Source of the DNA: Antedon mediterranea
Taxonomy: Eukaryota; Animalia; Echinodermata
DNA: 64,000 nt
Direction: 5' to 3'
Assembly (NCBI RefSeq): GCF_964355755.1
Contig: NC_092678.1
Span: forward strand, 24,879,365 to 24,943,364
Positions 48,001 through 60,000 of the stretch are shown one piece after another (the first letter of the stretch is position 1; every line of letters starts with the position of its first letter). Position numbers and translations under genes: made by a program. The notes beneath the pieces were generated by a model. That model was given only the letters and a program-made list of their open reading frames with translations, did no database searches and was not told the origin of the DNA.

Positions 48001-51000
48001 AAGGCAGCGGGGTCGACTGGATCGGCAGCTGCTTGAGATCCAAGTTGTTGGGCATTCTGACGATCCCTCTCCGCTTGCTCTTGTGCTAATACCTAGTAGG
48101 AAGGTAAACAATGTATTGAATATGGTTAGTGAAATTAATGTACAATTAATCTACAACTCAGCATATTTAACAAGGTAAAGATTTTAACCAGGTAAAGATA
48201 AAGATATTTAACAAGGTAAAGATATTTAACCAGGTAAAGATATTCAGATATCGGGTGAGGTAGCATCATTGAAGAACTCAAACCTTAATGACATCATCAT
48301 ATATCTACAACATTAAGTACCAACTAAGTTAAGTAAGTACCAACTAAGTTAAGTAAGTACCAACTAAGTTAAGTAAGTACCAACTAAGTTAAGTAAGTAC
48401 CAACTAAGTTAAGTAAGTACCAACTAAGTTAAGTAAGTACCAACTAAGTTAAGTAAGTACCAACTAAGTTAAGTAAGTACCAACTAAGTTAAGTAAGTAC
48501 CAACTAAGTTAAGTAAGTACCAACTAAGTTAAGTAAGTACCAACTAAGTTAAGTAAGTACCAACTAAGTTAAGTAGAAACTAAGTTAAGTAAGTACCAAC
48601 TAAGTTAAGTAGAAACTAAGTTAAGTTAAGAATCTAGTATTCTACCTCTTCTTGTATATGAGGAGGTAGTGCCGCTAGGAATTCAGGGTTAACTCTTGTA
48701 CTAGTACTTGGTGTGCTACTACTAGATGCTGCTGCTGCTGTGCTGGTGGTGGTGGTGGTGGCTGCTGCCGCCTGACTAGCTCTTAGGCCTAGATGCTCAC
48801 GTAACACTTCCTGCCGAATGTTATCTGGTAAGGCAGCAAGAAACGACGGATCTACTCCTTCTGGTAGGCCTGGAAAAAGGAGTAAACATTTTAAAGAAGA
48901 GACATCGAGGAAACCCCAAAGGACTTGTGATCACTAAAAACTAGTTACATTAAGATAATAAATAAATAAATAAATAAATAAAGTCTGTATAGACGAATAG
49001 ACCATGACAGGATCAACAAGGACGCACATTGCTAGTTTAAGTTAGTTGGGTAAAAATATACCCTTTATATTATATACAAATTGAATTACCTTCACTTGGA
49101 GCTTGTGTGGTACTAGGTCCAGCAGAGGCTACCGTCGTTGTAGTTGTAGAAATGCCTAAATGAATAAATTAAATATAGATGAGTTTGGATACTTACTAGC
49201 TACAGTGGAGGTTAGACTTAGACTTAGTTATAGAGTTTGGATACTTACTAGCTACAGTGGAGGTTACGGTGGTGGCAATTGTAATACCAGTGGTAACATT
49301 GGTTCCTGGTACCGGTACGTCTGGCTGCTGTACCTCTGGTGCTGGTCTCACATCCATGAGTGAACTACTAGTAGTGGGTAGGCTGAATATAGGACTTTCT
49401 TGCAGAGAACCTGGACAAAAGAAGGTAGATATTTTTTTTAATTTCATACGCATCCAACAGCGAGTAAATACAAGATGGATAAAATATTTAATAATTTATC
49501 ATGCTTATGAACTAAGTCTCATTTGAGGCGTAGGGAGTTGGAGTTGAAAGAGTCGTGAGTTACAACCCTGGCACTAGGTCAGGATTGAACCCTAGACCTT
49601 GGGATTGGAAGGCAGGCACGTTAACCACCAAGCTACAGCTCAACTACTACATTTAATCATTGTATAAATGTAGTTATGTCTCCTTGTTAATGATTTAAGA
49701 TTAAACCCATGGGCTTGTTTTCGAGTAATTGACTTACTAGATACAGTAGTAGCAGAGGCTGCTGAGGATGCTGTAACGGTGATGAGGCTTGCTAAGTCCA
49801 CTCCACTTGATGATGCTGTAACGGTGATGAGGCTTGCTAAGTCCACTCCACTTGATGAAGTTGTTGTGCTTAAAAATAATAATTATACAAAACATCACTA
49901 AGGTATTACATCACTAAGATATATTCATTGTATTAGGTTTTTGGTAAATTTTCCGGTTTGTATTCATTAGTAGTACAAATGAACAATGGCATTATTTATT
50001 TAAAATAAAGCTTGAGCAACATAAAGAGGTAAACAAAATGTGAAATAAGTTGCTAGTACCTAGTTGCTCCGGTGTTTGATGTTGCCATGGCTACAGATGA
50101 GGGTGTTGATGATGGTGGTGTTATTTCTCCCATTGCTTCCGTTACCATAGATTCCAAGAAACTGCTTATCACTAACAAAAAATAAATCAAAGATTTTTTA
50201 TTTTATTTATTTAATAAACCAATTCAAAACACATAAAAGCTCTGTTTACACTATTAAACTAGTTTGACAAAAAAACAGTGTGATGTGCCCAAATATGGTA
50301 GATATATGACATCATGTCCATATATGGGCACATTTTGTGATGCATAAAGTGTTGACATTGTTCTTTCCATATCTATTTAATTTTTATTTGTTTATACAGT
50401 ATTTGTAAGTAGGATCCTGCACTGAGTGTAGCACAATAAAGCCAAATCAGTAGTAAATTCCTACTTGGGTTAATCTAGCATTCTTCCCTTGATGAATAAC
50501 CAATCAAAATAAGTCATTCATTTACACAGAGAATGCAAACATATATATTCTTGTCTACACTATCAAACTAGTTTGACAAAAAAAGTGTGATGTGTCCAAA
50601 TATGGTAGTGATATTCCCAAATATGATAGTGATATGACATCATTATGTCCATATGAGCACATCACATTTTTTTGTCACATAAAGTTTGATAAAGTAGACA
50701 GAGCTTTATATAATATACCAGTATCTCAAGTAAGAATGTAAATTAGTTGTATTTACCTTGTGATGTGCTGTTACTGGTGGCAGTTCTAAGTAATTCTACA
50801 GGGTCCAGTAAGCTGGATGAGGTTGGTAGACTGCTAGAGGATGTAGTTGTCGTTGGCGTGCTTAGTGATCCACTATCACCAACCTGTAAGATAATATTCC
50901 TTACTACTCTATCAACATAATACAAAACAATTACTCAATAACGCAATCGGCAAGGGTTCAAGGTTCACTCGCTCCATGGTTCACTCGCTCCATGGTTCAC

Positions 51001-54000
51001 TTGCTCCATGGTTCACTCGCTCCATGGCTCACTCGCTCCATGGCTCACTCGCTCCATGGTTCACTCGCTCCATGGTTCACTCGCTCCATGGTTCACTCGC
51101 TCCATGGTTCACTCGCTCCATGGTTCACTCGCTCCATGGTTCACTCGCTCCATGGTTCACTCGCTCCATGGCTCACTCGCTCCATGGTTCACTCGCTCCA
51201 TGGTTCACTCGCTCCATGGTTCACTCGCTCCATGGTTCACTCGCTCCATGGTTCACTCGCTCCATGGTTCACTCGCTCCATGGCTCACTCGCTCCATGGC
51301 TCACTCGCTCCATGGTTCACTCGCTCCATGGCTCACTCGCTCCATGGTTCACTCGCTCCATGGCTCACTCGCTCCATGGTTCACTCGCTCCATGGTTCAC
51401 TCGCTCCATGGCTCACTCGCTCCATGGCTCACTCGCTCCATGGCTCACTCGCTCCATGGCTCACTCGCTCCATGGCTCACTCGCTCCATGGCTCACTCGC
51501 TCCATGGTTCACTCGCTCCATGGCTCACTCGCTCCATGGCTCACTCGCTCCATGGCTCACTCGCTCCATGGCTCACTCGCTCCATGGTTCACTCGCTCCA
51601 TGGTTCACTCGCTCCATGGCTCACTCGCTCCATGGCTCACTCGCTCCATGGCTCACTCGCTCCATGGCTCACTCGCTCCATGGTTCTGGTGGTAGAACAA
51701 GTCTTCTTTTCTTCTATAAACTATAGGTCCAGTGTACACATCTGGTTCATGTGCACTTTAAAGAACCTAGTACATCTTTCAAGATTTCAAGTAGGGGTTA
51801 CCCTGTACACAGCGACTGTCACAAACTCATCATAGTACTGTACTATACTATACACTGGGAGAACAGTCTTTGAATGAAGAGGCTACCCAGTATAAAGAAT
51901 AAATAGTAATAATTATTCATTATGTAAATCATTCTCTAACACATGTATGTAAATTACTCTCCAACTATTAATTCTCAGTTGAGTGATAGTCTGACTTTAT
52001 AATTCACTTTTAATATTGCACTGCCAAGAATCCAAAATGCCACTTAACAAGACATATGGCTTTTCAATAGTGCATAGTAGATTTTAGGATCAAAATAAAA
52101 CAAAAGTATCGTTTTCCACTCACCTCCATGTTCTCGTCGTCCCTGGATGTGCCTCTTGCTTCATCGGTTGCCCCTCCTTCCGCTTGCTTCATCTCGCTGT
52201 CAGTCTTGGCAGCTTCCGCTTTCTTTTTTTCTTCTGCACGTTTTTTACTTTCTTCTGCTTTCTTCTTTTCTTCCTCTTCCTTCTGTTTTTTTCGTTTTTC
52301 TTTTCTCTCAGTTATTTCTACATCCTTATGTTTGTTCAAAACACTCAGAATTGATGGTTTCAGTACTGAAAATATGATAGAAATACAATTTTATTTTTTA
52401 AAATTAGTATCAAAGTTTTTCAAATATTTTTATTCTTAATTTATGTTAGTAAATTATTCTCTAATCACCAATTCCCAAATGAGAGATGCTCAGACTTTAT
52501 AATTCACTTTTACTGTTGCACAGCCAAGAATCCAAGTGCCACTAAACAAGACACTTGGCTTTTCAAAAGTGCTTAAAGGCTAATTTACACAGACGAGCGA
52601 TAACGGTAATAAAAATAGACTATGTTATTCCTTATGACCATGTACACACAACACGAAGCGGACGGTGGTTTTCTGCACATGATAGATACAGATTCTACGT
52701 AGGACTACCGCTCATCTGTGTAAATTGGCCTTAACATTTTAATGTTAATTTTAATGAATTTCTTTTATTCATAATACGAATATATATTTTAGTTAACAAT
52801 AACTAATTGTCTTCCTTTCATATCTATTTTTCAAATTCATATCGACATAATACCTTGAACACAATCATGAACACTCTCTCCATCCAAAACACGAGATTCT
52901 TCTGCCCATCGACTCAGCGTAGAAGGTACCGATCCGCCTCCTCCGCTACTTATGCTGAAATCTTGGAAGAAATCATCCATCATACCATCTTGGGCATCTG
53001 ATTGGTGAATATCGCTGACATAGACTCTAGTTTGAACGTTGCCTATTGTGTTGGTTGTCAACTGGAGTACATCGGCAGCGGTTGATGGGCCAAGCAATCT
53101 GAAAGGAAAAAAATCAGTGTTTAAAAAGAAACATTTTATATTGTTCTTTCAAGATTTGTAATATACCAATTTCTTTTTTATTTGTTCAAAGACAGTATTT
53201 GTAAGTAGGATCCTGCACTGAGTGTAGCACAATAAAGCCAAATCAGTAGTAAATTCCTACTTGGGTTAATCTAGCATTCTTCCCTTGATGAATAACCAAT
53301 CAAAATAAGTCATTCATTTACACAGAGAATGCAAACATATTTAACAAAAAGTTTTCAAGTACTAACTAATTAATTATTTAACTGTGTTCAGAAATAAATG
53401 ATTCCAAAAGATTTGTTCTTATATATTTCAACCTTCTGTTGCTAAGCTCATTGAGACTAAGGTTGTGCCTTGTAAGGAGCTTCTGTTGCTAAGCTCATTG
53501 AGACTAAGGTTGTGCCTTGTAAGGAGCTTCTGTTGCTAAGCTCATTGAGACTAAGGTTGTGCCTTGTAAGGAGCTTATGGGTGAAATATTGAATAACAAA
53601 AAAATAAATAAATCTTACCTTTGCAAAATAGCTGGTGGGTTGGGATGTCTTGAGCTTCCTGTGTTATAGACATGTATAGTGGTAGGAGCATGTCTATGAG
53701 TGCGCTGTCTACCTCCTCTATGCCCTCTACCAACGGTCTGAGTCAAGGTTGGATGATCAGCGTGACGTACAAGCAATGGGTGGCTACGAGACATAGTGCT
53801 TGGGGGCGGGGGAATTGATGGACCTAGAAAATAAACACATTTAGAAACGATTTAATTTATTTATAATCATGATGGTTAATAAGTAATGTTCAGCAAACTA
53901 TAACATGACAACTGGATGATAATAGTATTTTAACTACTGTGGAGTAGTACACTAACTTATTTAAATTTTGTTTTCATTTCTTTATTCGAATTCAAAACAA

Positions 54001-57000
54001 TATAACATTAAAAAACAGTACAGGAATTAATTCAGGGTAGCACAAAATAGTAACCAATGGTCAAACATATTTCCATTCTGGCCTTAGTATAATATGAAGT
54101 GCAAACATTTGACCAACATGACCAAACTATTATCATGTCTGTTCATTCATCGGCTAATAATCAGCAAATGTAGTGGAGCTGTAGCTTGGTGCTTGCCTTC
54201 CAATCCCATGGTCCGGGGTTCAATCCTGACCTAGTGCCATGTTGTAACTCACGACACTTTTAACTCCACTCCCTAAGCCAAACTTTATGACAAAGAAATG
54301 TGATGTGCCCATATATAGACATGATGATCAAACTAGTTTGATAGTGTAGACAGAGCTTTAGTTCATAAGTATGATAAATTATAAAATATTTGATCTATCC
54401 TATAATTGGCGAGTTATTCTCTGTTGGATGTGTATAAAATAAAAATTAAAATATCATGCATGACTGCACACCTACCTTGTACATCATTGGCGTTGACATC
54501 ATCATGCATTGAGATTGGTAGCTGGTATGCACGCAGTGAACCTGGAACTTCAAAAATATTTTGAGAAAATGGATCTAAAGAGACAAAAAAATGTACGCAG
54601 GTAAACTTTAACACAAATAAACTTGGGAAAAAGACAAAATTGAATGTCTTGTATTTATGTAAAAAATTTAAGTTTAATTTCGCTTTCGCTTTTAATGTAT
54701 TAATTTCAGCAACTTTTGTAGTAAATTAACGGTAAATTATCGGAGCTAAACTTCACAAAAAGACGTGAATTCACAGAAGAAAACAAAACATTAAACATTT
54801 TTTTAAAAATATGATTTTTGTTACATTCTAAATCATCTAACTACCTTGCTAAATAAATTATCCAGAACAAATTTAATAATTGAACTAAAGGGACATAAAT
54901 TCACACAGAAAACATAGTGTTCATTTTCATCGTCTTCCTATGTCAGAATTACCTGAGGGAAACATTTCGTCCAACTGGAAAAATAGATTGCGATCATCTC
55001 CGACGCCCATATATGGGTCGTCCATCTCCTCATCATATTCATCATACTCGTCTGCCTCCATGTCAGAACCTTCCTCATCGTCCTCTTCTTCCTCCTCATC
55101 TTCATCATCAATATCCTGATCAATTTGAAACATAAAAAAAAAAATTAATAATCCATCTAAGAACATTTGATTCATTCATTCATCTATACTTTTATTCATC
55201 AACAGTTTTAATCATCAATAACTTTAACATCAATTGAATAATAAAGAAAATAAACTGTTGATAGGGCGACAAACTAGAAGTTAATGGACTTATTTGATAA
55301 AGTTTTAAAATAAACTTTCTCCTCACCTGTTGATCATCACTGTCTTCCGATTCTGTCTCAGGTCCGATATCATCATCCGCAACATCGTCATCAACTAGAC
55401 AAAGTAAACAAAAATAGTTATAGTTAGTTGGCTAAACAATTGACTTTGTTTTATATACTTAGGCAAATTGCCAGGGACAACCATAAGCTTTCTTAAAGGT
55501 ACATGCAAGATACTCTATGTAAGTCTCAATGAGTGAAGTTGATTTTTTTTGGTCACGAGGAAAAATCCGGACATCGGATAGGATTTGAACCCAGTATCTG
55601 AGTAACTCACTGCTCCACTAAAATAAAGGTTTTTAAATCAAATGTAAGTAAACCATTTTCAGACCATTAATTCTCAAAAGAGTGATAGTCAGACTTTATA
55701 ATTCACTTTTAATATTGCACTGCCAAGAATCCAAAATGCCACTAAACAAGACATATGGCTTTTCAATAGTGCTTTTAAACAATCAAAAGTATTTTTATCA
55801 GATTGGTTAAATATCAATTCTGATTAAGCAACTGAAGCTCTTTCTACCCCATCAATCTATTTTGAAAAAAAAAGTGTGATATGCCCAAATATGGTAGTGA
55901 TATGCCCAAATATGGTAGTGATATGACATCATCATGTCCATATATGGGCACATCAACATTTTTGTCAAACTAGTTTGATAGTGTAGAAAGATCTTTAAAC
56001 ATCTTTTCTTTTTTTAATACGTACCTACTGGTGTGTCATCTTCGTTGCTATGGTGACTAAACATCTCAGTATCAGCCAACGCTTGCTCAATGGCAACGTC
56101 GCCCTCATCCGCTATCGAGATCATCATTTCCTCTTGTGATTCTAATAAGAATATAAAAACAAATATAAATCGCAAAAAGTGATCAATAAGACTAGTGACC
56201 AATAAGATTGCTAATATTGACCAATATTAATTGCTACTATTGACCATTAAGATTGACCCAAAATGAAATGCACTAATCTGCATTAAAATTATTTTACATG
56301 TATTAATAATAAATTCATAAAACTGATGAAATACAAACAAAGACAAGATTGTAATAAAGTCATTTTATCATTATTACCTCCATGATAGCGTGGGCTAAGC
56401 CGCCTTGGGCTGGTTGCTATGAGTGTCTCTCCCAGGATTTCAGGGGCTGTAGTAGGACTTCTCTGCATCAATTCGTCCATCATCTGGTCAAAGGCAGCTT
56501 CTGCGTTTGATGTATCCTGCGTGTTTGGTTCTTGTGTTAGTAGATCTGACGGCTCGGTCTCATTCATTTCAAGCAAATCTAAAGTCAATGCATTAGTGAG
56601 AAAAATGATATCACATTCAGATATAGACATAGATTACAGTACGCTTGTTTGTCATAAATGTGAACATTGGCAAGGAAATGTAGAATGATCAGAAATAAAT
56701 GGTAACAGTTAAAATATTAATCAGATATCGGGTGAGGTAGCTTCATTGATATTCTCAAACCTTAATGACATCATCATATATATATATATTGACACATTCC
56801 CATTGCACAAAATGGCTGTCATACTAAGTATATGGAAAACTACATTAAGAATGTACTTACTAGCTTGGTTGCGGTCAACCGCAGCCTGGCCATCAGTCCT
56901 TGCAGCCTTATTCTTGCCGCCAGCTTTTGTAGCTCCACTTGTTGGTTGGTTCACAATTCTAGACAGCGTCTCCAATGGCTTGAGAGCTGAGTTAACCGTG

Positions 57001-60000
57001 GCAGCTACGCTAGGGCTAGACAGATCCAGGTTGTGCATAATGCGAGCCAAGTCCGTGGCGAGGCCTTTACGCACCAGGATGCGGATGATGTTGTTCATTT
57101 GGTTCAGCTGCGGCGTGCGTGTGCTCTGGAAACCCCCTGATGGGGGGCACGCATCAATCATTACGCTAATTAATACTGTGTAATAAAAATAAATTTAATT
57201 TATTGCAGTAATAAATGTATTGTGTTCCATATAAAATAAATTTTATTTCATAAACATTTATTTCTATTAATGGTGCGAAGAAAATTAAAAATTGAATAAA
57301 GAAGTAACATACCATTAATAGAGGATTTTACAAAAAGTAAAACTTGTCATGTAAAACCCATGGACAAGACAAATACATATATATACAAAAAAACACTCTC
57401 CGTATGAGAATGACACAACATAGATCAGCTATCAAAATATTAAAGCTTGATCAACCTAGCCGAACATTTTAATTCAGCTGGTCACTCGATTGCAAATTTC
57501 AGAGTTATTGCAATAGACCACGATGTCAAATGGAGTGACAAAACTCGCAAATTACTACTTAAAACCACAAAACCTTTTGGACTTAACATTAGGAACATAC
57601 TCGCAGATCGGTAAAATTATTCCATTGACTACCAAAATTTAAGTTTCAATATTAACCACCACTTTAGCTTTTTTATTTCCATTCCAAAATTGTTTATATC
57701 TCTACCAAGCTACCTTCTATGTTTTCTACTCTTATTCAGTCTCCACCCACCATTCAACACGCTGTTTCTATTGTTATATTTCTTTTATTCCTGTCCACCC
57801 AGGCAGCACTTGCCAACTCATATGCTATGACTTTATCCAAATTCCCTCACTTGCACTGATGAAGGGCTAGTGTTGCCCGAAAGCTCTGCTAACTTTTCTG
57901 GCTGTTTACTTTATCGTTTTGATTTAGCTTTTTGTTTTTTTGTTGTTTTTTTTTGTATCTCCATTGAGATCCAGCCACTGATACCCACAGCATTCTCATT
58001 TTTTCAGATAAGAAACAATATTAATCAGATATCGGGTGAGGTAGCATCATTGATGTTCTCAAACCTTAATGACATCATCATGTAAATATTTTTTAAAAAT
58101 CTGTGATCTCTATAAATGGAACTAAATCATGTATCAAATATAAAACAATTTGAAATAACAATAATAAATCAATATGTCTACACTATCAAACTTTTTGTGA
58201 CAAAAAAGTGTGATGTGCCCATATATGGACATGATTATGTCATATCACGACCAAATTTGGACAAATAACACATTTTTTGCGTCAACCTAGTTTGATAGTA
58301 TATACAGAGCTTTAAACCACTTACTAGTTAATGCTTGTACTCTGCAGTGCTTCTCAGCACTCTCAGACAAAGCTAGTGCTCTAGACAGAGCAGCTTTCAC
58401 CTCGTTCACCAGCAGATTCTGTGCTTCAGGGCTGTGGTTACTTGCTGCTAGTCTAGCTAATAGCACTCTTGCCAAAGGTGGGCAATCAGCATCCCCTGCT
58501 GTCTGGCACTGGGGCAGTAAATTGTCTAGAATGTAGCCTAGTACGGAACAATCCTATAATGCAAAATATATTGTTATTGCTATATACTCAAATTCATAAT
58601 AAACAGGGAAAACTGTATTCTGAGAGAGTTGTATGGTGTAATGGTACAGGTATCGGACTAGCATATGAGAGACATGGGTTGAAGTCCTGTCTGTACCATA
58701 GTTTGACACTCATTGCCTCATCTTTCTGATGCGACGTAAAGGCGTTGGTCCTGTGTGCATACACTGCACAAGTGGATGATAAAGAACTACTTCTGGAAGA
58801 ACAGGTAGTTTTATCCAATAGACCATTCCAAACAGTAGTTCAAAGAAGTGGACAGCATGTCAACTAAATGTCACTAAGGTGTTTCTGTATTATTTGGTTC
58901 AACAAAAAAATAATAATTTTCCAGTTATTAATAATTAAAATCAAAGAATTACCTGTTTAATAGTAACAGCCTGGTCAGTTGTCAATTGATATTGTGCAAT
59001 CATCAACGCGCAGCCTGGGTAAGACTTGGCAAGTTCTGCTAACAGACGCAGCAGAGCTGACTTGGGTAGCAGTGGTTTAGCTTTGGTAGGTCTTGGTTTG
59101 ATACTGGATGATGTAGTCTGTGATGACTCCGCGGTGCTCTCGGACTGAGAGGCGGATTCATTGTTCTGTCAATTTTTAATAAATTTACTTTAAGCGAGAC
59201 AACCCATTATTAGTTACTAATGTAATATTATACTAGTATACTTTCATATACCCACTTCACATCGACTATCAAATCTCAAAAGCGGGATGCACACCAAACA
59301 TAAATAAATAACAAATCCGTAAAAACAGTAGCTGATATAAATTACTTTATCATTTAAAACAGTTATAAGTAGGATCCTGCACTGAGTGTAGCACAATAAA
59401 GCCAAATCAGTAGTAAATTCCTACTTGGGTTAATCTAGCATTCTTTCCTTGATGAATAACCAATTAAAGTAAGTCATTCATTTACACAGAGAATGCCACA
59501 GAACAACTCTCATAATAGACTAGGCTATGAATGAGGTAGGTGCCACCCGGAGAGGTAGAAATTCTCATGTGACTTTTCTAGACCAGTTTTTTCTGGGGAA
59601 TCCAAATATATTGGGTAAACGGGCTGTAACCTGAGAACTTTCGCGTGAGGGCGCTTTTTTAAAAATGGCTGCCAGTTACAGTAGACTATGATATCTTGGC
59701 AACCACTGGTCATAGAGAGGTGATTTTGGTGTCAAATTGTTCGGAATGTACATGTTCCTATTTGATGTAATAGAACATTTTGTCAGAAAATGGCCGGAAA
59801 TACCTCTATTGACCTTTGACCCAATATCTAACAGATATCATATCTCCGTAACTACTCGACACAGAAAGTTGTAATTGGTGTCAAACTCTCCAGAATATAG
59901 ATCTTTATATTCAGACTAATAGAACATTATCTGTAAAAATGACCGGAAATAACGTTACTGACCTTTGACCCAAAATGCAAGACATTTCTCCCATCTGATC

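Noticed and set aside
48250-48270. GGGTGAGGTAGC as a let-7/miR-98 precursor, given the mammalian HUWE1 intronic miRNAs
   Set aside because: Only the 8-nt 5' end matches, it is antisense to the host, no pre-miRNA hairpin is present, and the opposite strand has a full C/D box layout.
49181-49264. Tandemly duplicated exon end and donor, 52 nt apart, as an alternative splice site
   Set aside because: The distal donor would leave an intron of only about 41 nt and create a stop codon, so it is unlikely to be used.
48315-51681. Short regular repeats as a possible CRISPR array
   Set aside because: Head-to-tail tandem repeats without unique spacers, in a eukaryotic intron, with no cas genes.
50976-51835. 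Three long overlapping ORFs (239-275 aa) with repeating [10 protein letters not shown]
   Set aside because: By-product of a stop-free 16-bp tandem repeat inside an intronic SINE, antisense to HUWE1.
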